A program made the translations under genes and the position numbers. A DNA stretch of 64,000 bases from Pyrinomonadaceae bacterium. Its GTDB lineage: Bacteria > Acidobacteriota > Blastocatellia > Pyrinomonadales > Pyrinomonadaceae. Positions within the stretch are counted from its first letter, which is position 1, and each line of letters opens with the position of its first letter. Shown one piece after another: positions 1 to 10,178 of this stretch. The notes below the pieces were generated by a model. The model was not told where the DNA came from, searched no databases, and was given only the letters and a program-made list of their open reading frames with translations. The DNA is taken from positions 567,331 to 631,330 of the forward strand of contig OZ243957.1 in NCBI GenBank assembly GCA_965214585.1. Direction: 5' to 3'.

Positions 1-248
1 GGACGCGTCTTTGGCGAAGAGCGTCGGCAGCATCGCATTTTTCAGAAACTCTCTTAAATTCGTGCCGTATTTTTTATCGAATGCTTCAACGTCGTCCCTC
101 TTAAAACCCAAAGCGGAAAGCAGGACTTCGGTTTTTTCCGCCGGGGACGCGTCAGCACTCGAAAGCGTTACGAGAATATCTTTTGTGCCGCCGCCGGATG
201 CTGAATTTTGAACGGGCGGCGAGCCGTAATTGGAAATCGGTCTGGTCA
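1..248 (-). CDS. hypothetical protein, N-terminal part only; gene runs off the window start
   Basis: Minus-strand ATG at 248 preceded by AAGGAG at -10; open frame continues to position 1 without stop (MTRPISNYGSPPVQ...). Confidence 0.4.
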
Positions 249-485
249 TTTGAAAAACTCCTTTTGAGAAATGATTTTACTTTATTTAAAAGCCAAAAGA
301 TAAAATTAAGCCTTTGTAAAGGTTATCGCCAAAAAGTCTGATTTGTTTCCTATTTTTTTCAAATTATTTTCTTACTTACGAATTTCCGCTGATTAAAAAT
401 TTTATGTGCCTGCATTTTTAAGAATTTTGCGGTAAAATCAAATCGTTTTTATCCGAAAAGTTTATAAATCAGAGGAAAATAATTA

Positions 486-1493
486 GTGATAATCGAATCA
501 TCCGCGCCAACCAGAGTAGATTTAGCGGGCGGAACAATTGACATTCCGCCGCTTTTTTTGTTTCACGAAAATGCGGCAACCGTAAATTTCGCCGTTGATC
601 TGCTGGCGAAATGCCGTATTGAAACCAACGACGACGATAAAATCGTTCTTGAATCAATTGACCGCCGGGAAAAATTTGAAACTTTGCTGGAAAATATAGG
701 CGATCTGGCAAACGAGCCGCGTCTTGAACTGCTTTCAAAACTCGTCTATTTTTTCAAACCCGAAAAAGGTTTTACGATGACAACCGAATCGGAAGCACCG
801 GCGGGCGCGGGACTTGCGGGTTCTTCGACCTTGAATATTGCCTGCATCGGCGCGTTAAATAAATTCGTCGGCAATCGTTACCAGCCCGAAAAATTTATTC
901 CGATAGCGGCAAACATCGAATGTCAGGTGATTAAAGTTCCGACCGGATTTCAGGATTATTATTCGGCGCAATACGGCGGCGTGGCGTGCATTCATTTTCG
1001 CCCCGACGGAATCGAGCGCGAAGCATTAAAATTTGACACGAAAACGCTCGAAGAGCGAATCGTCGTAATTTACACGGGCGAGCCGCGTAATTCCGGCACG
1101 AATAACTGGGAAATCACAAAAAATCATATTGACGGCGACCGGAAGATTTTCGATATTTTTGAAAATATCCGCGACACATCGCTTGCTCTGCGCCATTCTC
1201 TGCTCGAAAATGATTGGCAGAAAACGGGCGAAGTGCTAAAAATCGCGCATCCGCAGCGTCTGCGGCTTTCGCCGAATATCACCACTCCGCGAATGGATTT
1301 GCTGATCGCCAAAGCGGAAACGAACGGCGCGATGGCAACCAAAGTCTGCGGCGCGGGCGGCGGCGGCTGTATCGCTTTTTTCTGCGAAAAAGACCGTAGG
1401 AGCGATGTTGAAAAGGCTCTGCGCGAAGAAGCGGACGTAAAAGTTTTAGACTGGAGATTATACGACGAAGGCTTACTGGTAAAAGAATTTTGA
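486..1493 (+). CDS. GHMP-family sugar kinase (heptose/fucose-kinase-like)
   Basis: 335 aa; GTG start; GHMP ATP-binding motif PAGAGLAGSSTL, and C-terminal GHMP motif VCGAGGGG. Confidence 0.75.
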   Translation: MIIESSAPTRVDLAGGTIDIPPLFLFHENAATVNFAVDLLAKCRIETNDDDKIVLESIDRREKFETLLENIGDLANEPRLELLSKLVYFFKPEKGFTMTTESEAPAGAGLAGSSTLNIACIGALNKFVGNRYQPEKFIPIAANIECQVIKVPTGFQDYYSAQYGGVACIHFRPDGIEREALKFDTKTLEERIVVIYTGEPRNSGTNNWEITKNHIDGDRKIFDIFENIRDTSLALRHSLLENDWQKTGEVLKIAHPQRLRLSPNITTPRMDLLIAKAETNGAMATKVCGAGGGGCIAFFCEKDRRSDVEKALREEADVKVLDWRLYDEGLLVKEF

Positions 1494-1579
1494 TAATAAA
1501 AGCAAACGCGATTTGTTTTTTTGTCTTCCAATAACCGTTCGCCTTTCCCCGAAACCACTTACTTTCAAGGAGAAAATTT

Positions 1580-2344
1580 ATGAAAAAATTATTTTTATTG
1601 ACGATAATTTCTATCTTCGCTCTAAGTTTGGCTGTGCAGGCGCAGATAGATGATTCCAATTACTATTCGAGAAATTTGGACAATTACGCCCGCGATTTAA
1701 AGCGTTATTCGGTTGATTTAGTTGACGCAACCGAACGCGATCTGCGGCGCGGGCGCAGAAATAATTCACGCGCCGAAGTGCAGAACGCTTTTCGCGCCCG
1801 TCAACTCGATGCCAGCGCAGGACTTCTCCAGCAAATGATTTCCGATAATCGTCCGGCGGATGAATTGCGCTATGCGACTTCAGCCATTTCCGATTTACTG
1901 CGCGGCGCACCGAATTATGGTTTGGGCGGAAATCTCTGGCGCAGCGCGGCAAATTCTCTGAATGACATTAATCGTGAATTAGGCGGCGGTAATTTCGGCG
2001 GCGGCAGAGATAACGACAGGGACAGAGACAGAGGCAGAGATAGAAATTCAAGCGGAAGCGTCGTCTGGCGCGGAGTTGTTGACAACAGAATCCAGCTTGA
2101 AATCAGCGGACGCAGAATCACACAGCGCACGACTGCCGGAAAAACTTATCCGAACGGAACTTATAATTTTACCTCGTCGCTTCCCAGAGGAAATGTGAAT
2201 ATTGATGTTGATAAAAAGGACGGACGCGGAAAAGTTCGTGTTTTGCAGCGACCTGATCGCTCGAACAATTACACGGCGGTAATCGAAATCGAAGACGACG
2301 ACGGCGGCGCGGATAATTATCAACTGGAAATTTTCTGGAATTGA
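1580..2344 (+). CDS. secreted hypothetical protein, Gly/Asp/Arg-rich
   Basis: 254 aa; AAGGAG SD 8 nt upstream; N-terminal signal peptide MKKLFLLTIISIFALSLAVQA; DRDRDRGRDR low-complexity tract. Confidence 0.65.
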   Translation: MKKLFLLTIISIFALSLAVQAQIDDSNYYSRNLDNYARDLKRYSVDLVDATERDLRRGRRNNSRAEVQNAFRARQLDASAGLLQQMISDNRPADELRYATSAISDLLRGAPNYGLGGNLWRSAANSLNDINRELGGGNFGGGRDNDRDRDRGRDRNSSGSVVWRGVVDNRIQLEISGRRITQRTTAGKTYPNGTYNFTSSLPRGNVNIDVDKKDGRGKVRVLQRPDRSNNYTAVIEIEDDDGGADNYQLEIFWN

Positions 2345-2361
2345 GGTTTCGAGTAATTTAA

Positions 2362-2542
2362 GAAGCTGTTTGGTAATTGTATCGCAGGCTTCCAGCCGGC
2401 AGTCTTGGCGGCTTCCAGCCGCCAAATTTATCTGTTTTTCCCGCCAATTCGAGTAAATAAGGCTCGAATTGGCGGCTGGAAGCCGCCAAGACTGCCGGCA
2501 AGACGGGCGGCGTTACGTTTTTTTTGAGTTTCCAAACAGCTT
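2362..2542. repeat. nested palindromic element: perfect 30-bp inverted arms (2396-2425 / 2469-2498) inside outer 12-bp arms (2362-2373 / 2531-2542), inner 11-bp IR in spacer
   Basis: ccggcagtcttggcggcttccagccgccaa and its exact reverse complement ttggcggctggaagccgccaagactgccgg read directly from sequence; lies between convergent genes. Confidence 0.8.
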
Positions 2543-2548
2543 CTAATA

Positions 2549-2586
2549 TAAAAAAAGCGGTTGGTGAAAATCAGCCGCTTTCTTTA
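2549..2586 (-). terminator. rho-independent terminator downstream of purQ (bidirectional; A-run/T-run on both sides)
   Basis: hairpin aagcgg...ccgctt (2555-2580) flanked by aaaaaaa and T-rich run; immediately 3' of purQ stop. Confidence 0.55.
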
Positions 2587-3291
2587 TTTTTCGTTGTTTA
2601 TCTTATCAATCGAATTGGTCAGCGAGCGAAAAATATCGCGTCCGTCATTTGAACCGAGCAGATTTTCGCAGGCTCTTTCCGGGTGCGGCATCATTCCGAG
2701 AACATTTCCCCGCACGTTGCAGATTCCGGCGATGTTCGAGCGCGAACCGTTCGGATTCGCTTCATCTGTAACTTCCCCGTTTTCGTCGGAATAACGAAAA
2801 ACAATCTGATTATTTTCCTCCAGTTCCGCAAAAGTTTCGTCGTCGCAAACGTAATTCCCTTCGGCGTGTGCGACGGGAATTGACAAAACTTCGCCCTTTT
2901 CGAGTTCATTCGTAAACGGCGTTTCCGCATTTTCAACTTTTATATCAGCGTGGCGGCAAATAAAGTGCAGATTTTTATTTCGCATCAACGCGCCGGGCAA
3001 AAGTCCGCTTTCGCAGAGAATCTGAAAGCCGTTGCAGATTCCGAAAACAAATTTTCCTTCCGCTGCAAAATCCTTAACTGCCTTCATCACGGGCGAAAAA
3101 CGCGCCAACGCTCCGGCACGCAAATAGTCGCCGTAGGAAAAACCGCCCGGCACGATCACCGCGTCGTAACCTTTCAGATCGGTTTCCTTGTGCCAAACGA
3201 AATCAACCGGCTGACCGACGTGCTTGCTAATAACGTGATAAGCGTCGTGGTCGCAATTTGAACCGGGAAAAACTATAACTCCGAATTTCAT
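2584..3291 (-). CDS. purQ: phosphoribosylformylglycinamidine synthase subunit PurQ (glutamine amidotransferase)
   Basis: Start chosen at [14 protein letters not shown] (canonical PurQ N-terminus); catalytic GICNGFQ and HPER motifs; longer ORF to 3366 would overlap purS. Confidence 0.85.
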   Translation of the reverse strand: MKFGVIVFPGSNCDHDAYHVISKHVGQPVDFVWHKETDLKGYDAVIVPGGFSYGDYLRAGALARFSPVMKAVKDFAAEGKFVFGICNGFQILCESGLLPGALMRNKNLHFICRHADIKVENAETPFTNELEKGEVLSIPVAHAEGNYVCDDETFAELEENNQIVFRYSDENGEVTDEANPNGSRSNIAGICNVRGNVLGMMPHPERACENLLGSNDGRDIFRSLTNSIDKINNEK

Positions 3292-3355
3292 AAATTTATT
3301 GATAGTTCGTTGTTCATTGGTCATTGTTTTCACAATCTTTACAATTAACAATGAA

Positions 3356-3607
3356 CTATGAACCATTCACCAATTCCACCCGATAATCTTCGATCACCGG
3401 ATTTGCCAAAACGTCCTTAGCGATTCGTTCCGCCGTTTCTCTCGCCTTTTCTTCCGAGAGATTTTTATCAAGAGCGATCTCGAAATATTTGCCCTGCCGC
3501 ACGTCTTCTATTTTCTCGAATCCGAGCAGTTCCGCCGAATGATGAATCGCTTTGCCCTGCGGATCGAGAACGCCCGGTTTTAACGTAACATAAACTTTTG
3601 CTTTCAT
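3356..3607 (-). CDS. purS: phosphoribosylformylglycinamidine synthase subunit PurS
   Basis: Start at [18 protein letters not shown] (canonical PurS); AAGGAAA SD-like upstream; ~83 aa. Confidence 0.85.
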   Translation of the reverse strand: MKAKVYVTLKPGVLDPQGKAIHHSAELLGFEKIEDVRQGKYFEIALDKNLSEEKARETAERIAKDVLANPVIEDYRVELVNGS

Positions 3608-3752
3608 AATTTTCCTTTGGCGAAAAATAAATTTTACGCAAATTCTTGAGTTTTGCAACGTCTTTGTGATAAATTCTCGTTACACAAAAGTTTTAACGCC
3701 TAAATTTACCAACTTTAAACAAAACAAAAAAAAAGGAGATTCAGAAAAAATT

Positions 3753-4142
3753 ATGCAAAATACAGAAGGAAAAACTGCACTCGGACTTGATGCAAATGTC
3801 GGGGCAATGTTGTGTTATATACCGATTTGCCTTATTGGTTTAATTTTCAGCATTATCGTAATAGTTCAGGATAAATCAAACAAACTCGCGCGATTTCACG
3901 CTTTTCAGGCACTTCTGCTGATGGCTGTCGGAATTGTATTAGGATTAGGATTCGGTTTACTTATGGGAATTTTTTCCGCCATAACAGGTTCTACAATAAT
4001 CGGTTTGCTTGGCACTCTGGTAAATATAGTTATCTCGTTAGGGCTTCTTATTGCTTTCATATTTTGCGCTGTCAAAGCATTTCAAGGGGAAATGTTTAAA
4101 CTTCCCGTGATCGGCGATATGGCTGATAAATGGTCGAGTTAA
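3753..4142 (+). CDS. small integral membrane protein, DUF4870-like
   Basis: ATG at 3753 preceded by AAAGGAG at -13; two long hydrophobic helices; ARFHAFQALLL motif typical of DUF4870/TM2-like small membrane proteins. Confidence 0.55.
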   Translation: MQNTEGKTALGLDANVGAMLCYIPICLIGLIFSIIVIVQDKSNKLARFHAFQALLLMAVGIVLGLGFGLLMGIFSAITGSTIIGLLGTLVNIVISLGLLIAFIFCAVKAFQGEMFKLPVIGDMADKWSS

Positions 4143-4173
4143 TATATTGAGAACAATAAAAATTATGTGAAAA

Positions 4174-4202
4174 AGGCAGGCTTTCAAAGTCTGCCTTTTT
4201 TA
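4174..4202. terminator. bidirectional rho-independent terminator between convergent genes
   Basis: 8-bp stem aggcaggc/gtctgcct with 7-nt loop, A-run upstream and TTTTTT downstream. Confidence 0.65.
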
Positions 4203-5387
4203 TTTGACGGATACGGCGTGATATTTTCTGAGAATTTCCAAAGTCTTTTCAATCGGAATCGCTTCGATTTTATTGCCGTCGCGTCCCGTCATTGTTGATG
4301 CTCGAAACAGCGAATTGTAGATCGCTTCTTCCGTTGCTTCCACAGCGGCGAGAAAAAGCGGCGACATCAAATCGTTTGCCAGAACTCTCGTTTGACGGAC
4401 ATTTTCGCCCGCGCGAATGCGGTTTTCCGTCGCCGTGCTGAACGCGATGACATAATCGCCGCTGCCGTTCGTCGCAGGCGAACCCGTCCGCGCCAAGCCT
4501 AAAATTGCTCGTGCCGCAAGCCGTTCGAGATTTCGCGCGTCGAGAGGCGCATCTGTTGCCACAACAATAATTATCGAGCCGTCCGCTTTGTCGCTAACAT
4601 CTTTTGAGATATTTTTACCGCCCGATTCAATTTGTTCTTTCAAATAATACTTCCCTAATTCGCGTCCGACAGGCGCACCGTTGATCGTCAAAACGCCGCC
4701 GAAATTCGTCTGCACCAAAACGCCGATTGTGTAACCGCCCGCCGATTGCGGCACGATGCGCGAAGACGTGCCGATTCCGCCTTTGAACCCGAACGCGATT
4801 GTTCCCGTTCCCGCGCCAACCGAACCTTCTTCAACCGCGCCCGATTTTGCCGATTTTATCGCTTCAAAAACTTCTTTTTGTCCAACGTGCCGCCCGCGTA
4901 TGTCATTTAGAAAACCGTCATTCGTTTCCGCCACAATCGGATTTACCGAGCGCACATTTTCATTTCCCGAAAGCCCAAGCATATATTCAATTAAAGCGTC
5001 GGCAACGCGCGGAACATTCAGCGTATTCGTCAGCAAAATCGGCGTTTCGATCTCGCCGAGTTCCTTAACCTGCGTCGAACCCACGAGTTTCCCGAAACCG
5101 TTTCCGACGAAAATCGCCGCCGGAACTTTTTTTTGGAAAAGATTTTCACCGTGCGGCAAAATCGCGGTAATGCCCGTTCTAATGTTGTCGCCTTTTATCA
5201 GTGTCGAATGTCCGACTTTCACGCCGTCAACGTCCGTAATCGCATTGAGTTTTCCCGTCGGCAAAATTCCGACCTCAACGCCCAAATCTCTGGCTCGCGG
5301 GCGTTCTTTTTCCGTTTGAGCGAAAATCTGCGTCATAAAAATCAGAATTGAAAAAACTGCGATAAATTTTTGAAGAAAATCAGCCAT
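4200..5387 (-). CDS. DmpA/OAT-family (peptidase S58) L-aminopeptidase/D-Ala-esterase-like protein, secreted
   Basis: 395 aa; signal peptide; S58/DmpA-like Gly-rich motifs (SVGAGTGTIAFGFKGGIGTSSR). Confidence 0.7.
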   Translation of the reverse strand: MADFLQKFIAVFSILIFMTQIFAQTEKERPRARDLGVEVGILPTGKLNAITDVDGVKVGHSTLIKGDNIRTGITAILPHGENLFQKKVPAAIFVGNGFGKLVGSTQVKELGEIETPILLTNTLNVPRVADALIEYMLGLSGNENVRSVNPIVAETNDGFLNDIRGRHVGQKEVFEAIKSAKSGAVEEGSVGAGTGTIAFGFKGGIGTSSRIVPQSAGGYTIGVLVQTNFGGVLTINGAPVGRELGKYYLKEQIESGGKNISKDVSDKADGSIIIVVATDAPLDARNLERLAARAILGLARTGSPATNGSGDYVIAFSTATENRIRAGENVRQTRVLANDLMSPLFLAAVEATEEAIYNSLFRASTMTGRDGNKIEAIPIEKTLEILRKYHAVSVK

Positions 5388-5669
5388 AAGTTATTTTTAA
5401 ATGTATCCGATTTAGAAGTTATGAGAATTAAAATAAAGACAGTTTCGGAATAGCTGATAAATTATAGATAAAGGATGATAACTGCACCCGTTTTATCTAT
5501 CAGTTTTCATCTTTCATCTATAATCTATTCCGAAATAAATTCCTCGACTGCGTAACTTCTGAGATTATAAAAACTGCTTTGAAATATTTCCTATAATTCT
5601 AAGCCAAGTTACAATGTTTATCGAAAGATATTTTCTTGAAGAATCGGTTAGCAACAAATTAAACTTTTT

Positions 5670-5744
5670 GTCAGTAGCGTCGGCGTGAGCCGATGCGCTC
5701 GTCGCGTCCGCATTGACGCATCGGCTCACGCCGACGCTACTGAC
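5670..5744. repeat. palindromic repeat family A copy 1 (28-bp perfect inverted arms gtcagtagcgtcggcgtgagccgatgcg, 19-bp loop)
   Basis: exact reverse-complement arms at 5670-5697 and 5717-5744; related copies at 34986-35063 and 55521-55615. Confidence 0.8.
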
Positions 5745-5777
5745 TTGCACACTATTTCTTAAAATAAAGGGAAACAT

Positions 5778-7145
5778 TTGAACGAAATCAAACCGACAGT
5801 AATGAAATTCGGTGGAACGAGCGTCAAAGACGCGGCGGCTTTTGCGCGTGTCGCCGGGATCGTCGCGGGGCAAAAAGACTTTTCGCCCGTTGTCGTAACT
5901 TCCGCGATGGCAAGATTTACGGACGCTTTGCTGAACGCCTTTGAAACGGCAAAAAAAGGCGACTCAAGCGTTGCGTTTTCTTCTTTGACGGAACATTTCG
6001 ACAGGCACGAAAAAGTTTCAGACGAACTTCTCGAAGAAACGCAAAAAACCGCTTTTGAAATAGAATTAAGACTTGCCAGAGGCGAACTTTCCGATCTGCT
6101 TTTGCGCGTTGAACGCCGAAGTTTGCCGCTTTCGATGCTTAAAGACGCGATTGTTTCCTACGGCGAACAGCTATCTTCGCATCTTTTGGCGGAAGTCTGT
6201 AAGGTAAATAGAATAAACGCCAGACAAATGGACGCACGGCGTTTGATCGTAACGGACGAAGAATACGGCGCGGCGCATCCCGTTTGGAGCGAAACGGAAA
6301 AGTTAATAAATTTAGAATTGGAAAATTTGATCGCGGACGGCGAAGTTCCCGTTCTCGGCGGTTTTATCGCGGCGAGCAGAACAGGCGAAACGACGACTTT
6401 GGGGCGCGGCGGTTCGGATTATTCGGCGGCACTAATCGGCGCGGCACTTCGCGCAAGGGAAATTCAAATTTGGACGGACGTAACCGGCGTTTTGACGTGC
6501 GATCCGCGAATTTGCCCCGAAGCCGAAACTTTGGACGTGCTTTCCTACGAAGAAGCGGCGGAACTCGCCTATTTCGGCGCGAAAGTTCTGCATCCCAAGA
6601 CGATAAAACCCGCCGTTGATTACGAAATCCCCGTCCGCGTCTGCAACTCCAATCAGCCGCACGAAAAAGGCACGATGATCTTAGCCGAAAGCAAAGTTTC
6701 GCCGAATAAGATCAAATCAATCGCGCACAAAACGGGAATTACGATTGTGCGAATCTCGTCGGCGCGGATGCTCGGCTCTTACGGTTTTATGAGCGCGTTA
6801 TTCCAGATTTTTGAACGCTTCCGCACCGTGATTGACGTAATTTCAACGTCCGAAGTTTCCGTCGCTTTAACGCTTGACAACACCGATTCGCTTGACAAAA
6901 TAATCATCGAATTAGAACGGCTCGGCGAAACCGAAGTCGAGCATAACAACGCCGTCATCTGCGTCGTCGGCGAAGGTCTGCGCTCGACTTCCGGCTTGGC
7001 TTCAAAACTTTTTTCGACCATCGAAGACATCCCGATTTCGCTTATCTCCCACGGCGCGTCGAGCGTAAATTTAACTTTTGTCGTCAAGGAAGAAAAAGTT
7101 GCGGACGTAATAAAAAGGCTGCATAATAAATTTTTTAATGAATAA
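5778..7145 (+). CDS. lysC: aspartate kinase
   Basis: 455 aa; VMKFGGTSV N-terminal kinase motif, C-terminal ACT domains; TTG start with AAGGGA upstream. Confidence 0.85.
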   Translation: MNEIKPTVMKFGGTSVKDAAAFARVAGIVAGQKDFSPVVVTSAMARFTDALLNAFETAKKGDSSVAFSSLTEHFDRHEKVSDELLEETQKTAFEIELRLARGELSDLLLRVERRSLPLSMLKDAIVSYGEQLSSHLLAEVCKVNRINARQMDARRLIVTDEEYGAAHPVWSETEKLINLELENLIADGEVPVLGGFIAASRTGETTTLGRGGSDYSAALIGAALRAREIQIWTDVTGVLTCDPRICPEAETLDVLSYEEAAELAYFGAKVLHPKTIKPAVDYEIPVRVCNSNQPHEKGTMILAESKVSPNKIKSIAHKTGITIVRISSARMLGSYGFMSALFQIFERFRTVIDVISTSEVSVALTLDNTDSLDKIIIELERLGETEVEHNNAVICVVGEGLRSTSGLASKLFSTIEDIPISLISHGASSVNLTFVVKEEKVADVIKRLHNKFFNE

Positions 7146-7256
7146 TTGCTCTTGACACAATCGGCTTAAACATAGAGTAAATGCTGAACAAATAAAATTA
7201 TTGCGGCGCATCCCAAATGGAATAATATATACATTCCTTGCAGAACATAAAATTTT

Positions 7257-7303
7257 GAGAAAAGGGCTTTTGGATTTGATAATTTCCAAAAGCCCTTTTC
7301 TAC
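7257..7303. terminator. bidirectional terminator hairpin (16-bp stem) between convergent lysC and M16 peptidase genes
   Basis: gaaaagggcttttgga / tccaaaagcccttttc inverted arms separated by 11 nt. Confidence 0.6.
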
Positions 7304-7319
7304 AATTAAATTTCCCGCA

Positions 7320-10088
7320 TTATCTAATTACTTCCCCGTCAGCGTTCAATTTAATAACTTCGCCGAAACCCAAACTGCGAACGCCTGTTTCGATTTTTGA
7401 AACGTCGCCGACGATCAGCCAGATTATTTCGTCGGGACGGACAAATTTTCGTCCGGCGGTTTCAAGCTGCGTTTCGGTCAAACCGCGCATCTTTGCACCG
7501 TAGTTTGCCCAATAATTGTCGGGCAAATTGTAATTTACAAGGTCAATCGCCGCCGATTCGAGCGACGAAAGTGTTTCAAATCTGCCCGGTAATCTCAAGG
7601 TCATATTTCGCATAATGCTTTGGAATTCTTCGCCCGTTACGGGACGATTTCCGGCGACATCGGCGATCTCTTTTTTGACTTCGACGATTGATTCCTTCGT
7701 TTTGTCCGTCTGCACGGGCGCGAGAACGAGAAATGTTCTTTGCCCACGAGCGTCGCGCAATGCGCCGGAAGTTCCGTAACTCCAATGTTTGTCGAGCCGC
7801 AAATTGCGATTCAGACGCGACGTTGACATTCCGCCAAAGTTGCGGAAAAGCGGTTCGCCCGCAAGGTCTTCCGGTTGTCCGCTGGCTTCGGAAATGTGCG
7901 CGGCGACGATGGTTGATTGCGGTGCGCCGGGTTTATCAATCAAGTAGATTTTTTTGCCCGCCGTTTTCGCCACGTTCGAGATGTTTTTCTTCGGCGCAGT
8001 TCCGGCTTTCCAATTGCCGAACGCTTCTTCGAGCATCGGCGTAACTTTTGCCAGCGTCGTGTCGCCCGTAACAATAATCGTCGAACTTCCCGGTTTGAAC
8101 CAATCGGAATGCCATTTTATTAAATCTTCGCGTGAAATTGTTTGTATAGTTTCTTCCGTTCCCGAATTTGTCGTGCCGTAAGCGTGATTTGCGCCGTAGA
8201 GAATCGCGGGCAGAATCCGCAGAGCAAGCTGGTTTGCCGTCGCTTTTTCCTGTCCGATCTGCGCGATGCGGTTTTGTTTTTGAATCGTAAAAAGTTCGTT
8301 CGGAAACGCCGGATTCAAAACGACATCCGACATAATTCCGAGCGACGGTTTCAGATTTTCCGAAGTCGCCTGAAGGCGAACAAACGACAAATCGAGCGAA
8401 CTTCCGGTATTCAAACGCGCTCCCAAAGAATCCAATTGATTGACAATTTCAAACGCATCGCGCGTTTTCGTGCCTTCGTCCATCAAACTCAAAGCAAGCG
8501 AAGCAAGTCCGGCTTTCGACGGCGAATCCGAAGCGTAGCCCGCATCAACCGCGAGCGCGACATTTACAATCGGCGCGGAATGTCTTTCAAGTAAAATCAC
8601 ATTCAAACCGTTTTTGAGTTTCGCGCGTTGAACTTCGGGAAATTTGATTTCCGGCGCATTACTAAGCGGCGGCAAAATCTTGCGGTCAATTTCCGTTTTT
8701 CCGGCAGTCAAATTATCGAACGGTTTGACGAGCATCGTGTAATGATTCGCCTTCAACCATTTATTCGCCGTCATTTTAACCATTTCCGGCGTTGCCGTCG
8801 CCATCGCTTCCAGACGTTTCAAATAAAAATCGGGTTCGCCGCCGTAAGTCATACTTTCCGCCAAAATATCCGAACGTCCGCCGAAACCGCCGAGCCGTTC
8901 CGTGCCGCGCAAAAAGCCTGAAAGATTGCGGCTTTGCGCTCTTTGTAATTCTTCATTTGTAACGCCTTTTTCCAATGCTTCATTGATAATCGCGTCCATT
9001 TCCCTTTCGACATCCGCCGGATTGACGTTCGGTTTGACCGTTGCGATAAAAATCACGCTGCTCGCCAATTCGCCGTCGTTGACAAACGCCGAAACGTCCG
9101 TCGCCAACTCTTTTTCGTAAATCAGTTTTTTATTAAGCCGCGCACTTTTTGAACCGGAAAGAACATCGGCAAAAAGACCGAGATTCTGCAATTCCAAATC
9201 TTTCCAAGCCGGAGCGTGATAAACGCGGTAAATCCTCGCTTGCGGAACTCTGTCCTGCATTTCGTCGCGGATATTTCTGTCTAACGCCGGAATCCATTTT
9301 TCCGTTCTCGGAAGCGGCGGTCCCGGTTTTATGCCGTCGAAATATTTTTTGACAAGTTCCAAAGCTCTCTGCGGCGTAATGTCGCCCGCTAAAGAAATGA
9401 CGGCGTTGTTCGGTCCGTAATAAGTCCGATACCATTCTTTAACATCTTCCAAAGACGCGGCATTCAAATCTTCCATCGAACCGATGGTTGACCACGAATA
9501 AGGATGCGAATACGGATAAATCTTCGCGCTGATCTCGGAAAAAACGCCGCCGTAAGGACGATTTTCACCCTGCCGTTTTTCGTTTTTTACAACTCCGCGC
9601 TCGCGCTCAAGCATTTCTTTTGAAATATAATTTTCCAGAAAACCCATTCTGTCCGCTTCCAGATAAAGCGTTCTTTCTAAAGCGGATGTCGGCACGTCTT
9701 CAAAAAAATTCGTCCGATCCGTGTTCGTCGTCCCGTTCCGATTATTCGCGCCGATGTCGTCCATCGCTTCGCGGAAACCCGACGGGAAATTTTCCGAACC
9801 GTTAAAAAAGAAATGTTCAAAAAGATGTGCAAATCCCGTCTTGCCGCGTTTTTCGTTGCGCGAACCGACGTGATACCACATATTTACGCCGACAACGGGA
9901 ACGCTCTTGTCTTCGTGAACAAGCAGAGTCAAACCGTTGTCGAGAACAAATTTTTCGTATTTGATGTTGTAACGGCTTTTGTCGAATTTTTGTTTGTTGT
10001 TCATCTGCTGTGCAAAAACAGGCGTTTGCGCCAATTGTGCCGCAACTAAAAATAGAGCGACGAAAAAGATAAAAAATTGTCTTTTCAT
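7320..10088 (-). CDS. secreted double-unit M16 (pitrilysin/insulinase-family) zinc metallopeptidase
   Basis: 922 aa; signal peptide; inverted zinc motif HLFEH(x)nE; two tandem M16 units; AAGGA SD. Confidence 0.8.
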   Translation of the reverse strand: MKRQFFIFFVALFLVAAQLAQTPVFAQQMNNKQKFDKSRYNIKYEKFVLDNGLTLLVHEDKSVPVVGVNMWYHVGSRNEKRGKTGFAHLFEHFFFNGSENFPSGFREAMDDIGANNRNGTTNTDRTNFFEDVPTSALERTLYLEADRMGFLENYISKEMLERERGVVKNEKRQGENRPYGGVFSEISAKIYPYSHPYSWSTIGSMEDLNAASLEDVKEWYRTYYGPNNAVISLAGDITPQRALELVKKYFDGIKPGPPLPRTEKWIPALDRNIRDEMQDRVPQARIYRVYHAPAWKDLELQNLGLFADVLSGSKSARLNKKLIYEKELATDVSAFVNDGELASSVIFIATVKPNVNPADVEREMDAIINEALEKGVTNEELQRAQSRNLSGFLRGTERLGGFGGRSDILAESMTYGGEPDFYLKRLEAMATATPEMVKMTANKWLKANHYTMLVKPFDNLTAGKTEIDRKILPPLSNAPEIKFPEVQRAKLKNGLNVILLERHSAPIVNVALAVDAGYASDSPSKAGLASLALSLMDEGTKTRDAFEIVNQLDSLGARLNTGSSLDLSFVRLQATSENLKPSLGIMSDVVLNPAFPNELFTIQKQNRIAQIGQEKATANQLALRILPAILYGANHAYGTTNSGTEETIQTISREDLIKWHSDWFKPGSSTIIVTGDTTLAKVTPMLEEAFGNWKAGTAPKKNISNVAKTAGKKIYLIDKPGAPQSTIVAAHISEASGQPEDLAGEPLFRNFGGMSTSRLNRNLRLDKHWSYGTSGALRDARGQRTFLVLAPVQTDKTKESIVEVKKEIADVAGNRPVTGEEFQSIMRNMTLRLPGRFETLSSLESAAIDLVNYNLPDNYWANYGAKMRGLTETQLETAGRKFVRPDEIIWLIVGDVSKIETGVRSLGFGEVIKLNADGEVIR

Positions 10089-10178
10089 AGAATTTTCCTT
10101 GATTTTGTTTATTAAAAATTGTCCGAATTATTTACGGAATATAGCAAAAAATTGTTTCAGTAAGTATAAGTAAATGAT

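Noticed and set aside
1124-1659. Minus-strand ORFs (144 and 126 aa) antisense to the GHMP kinase gene
   Set aside because: They overlap a well-supported kinase gene in a GC-rich stretch and have low-complexity Arg/Ser-rich translations. They are antisense artefacts.
3292-3366. Longer PurQ start (MVHSS..., ORF to 3366) and longer PurS start (ORF to 3658)
   Set aside because: The extensions are AT-rich, do not match the conserved PurQ and PurS N-termini ([11 protein letters not shown] / [10 protein letters not shown]), and would overlap the neighbouring gene.
5400-5777. Lysine riboswitch (L-box) upstream of aspartate kinase
   Set aside because: The leader is AT-rich and lacks the conserved L-box helices and motifs. 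The only strong structure there is the family A palindrome, which recurs elsewhere.
6284-6662. Internal ORFs (111 aa + strand, 76 aa - strand) inside lysC
   Set aside because: They are out of frame relative to a well-conserved aspartate kinase and have Arg-rich low-complexity translations.
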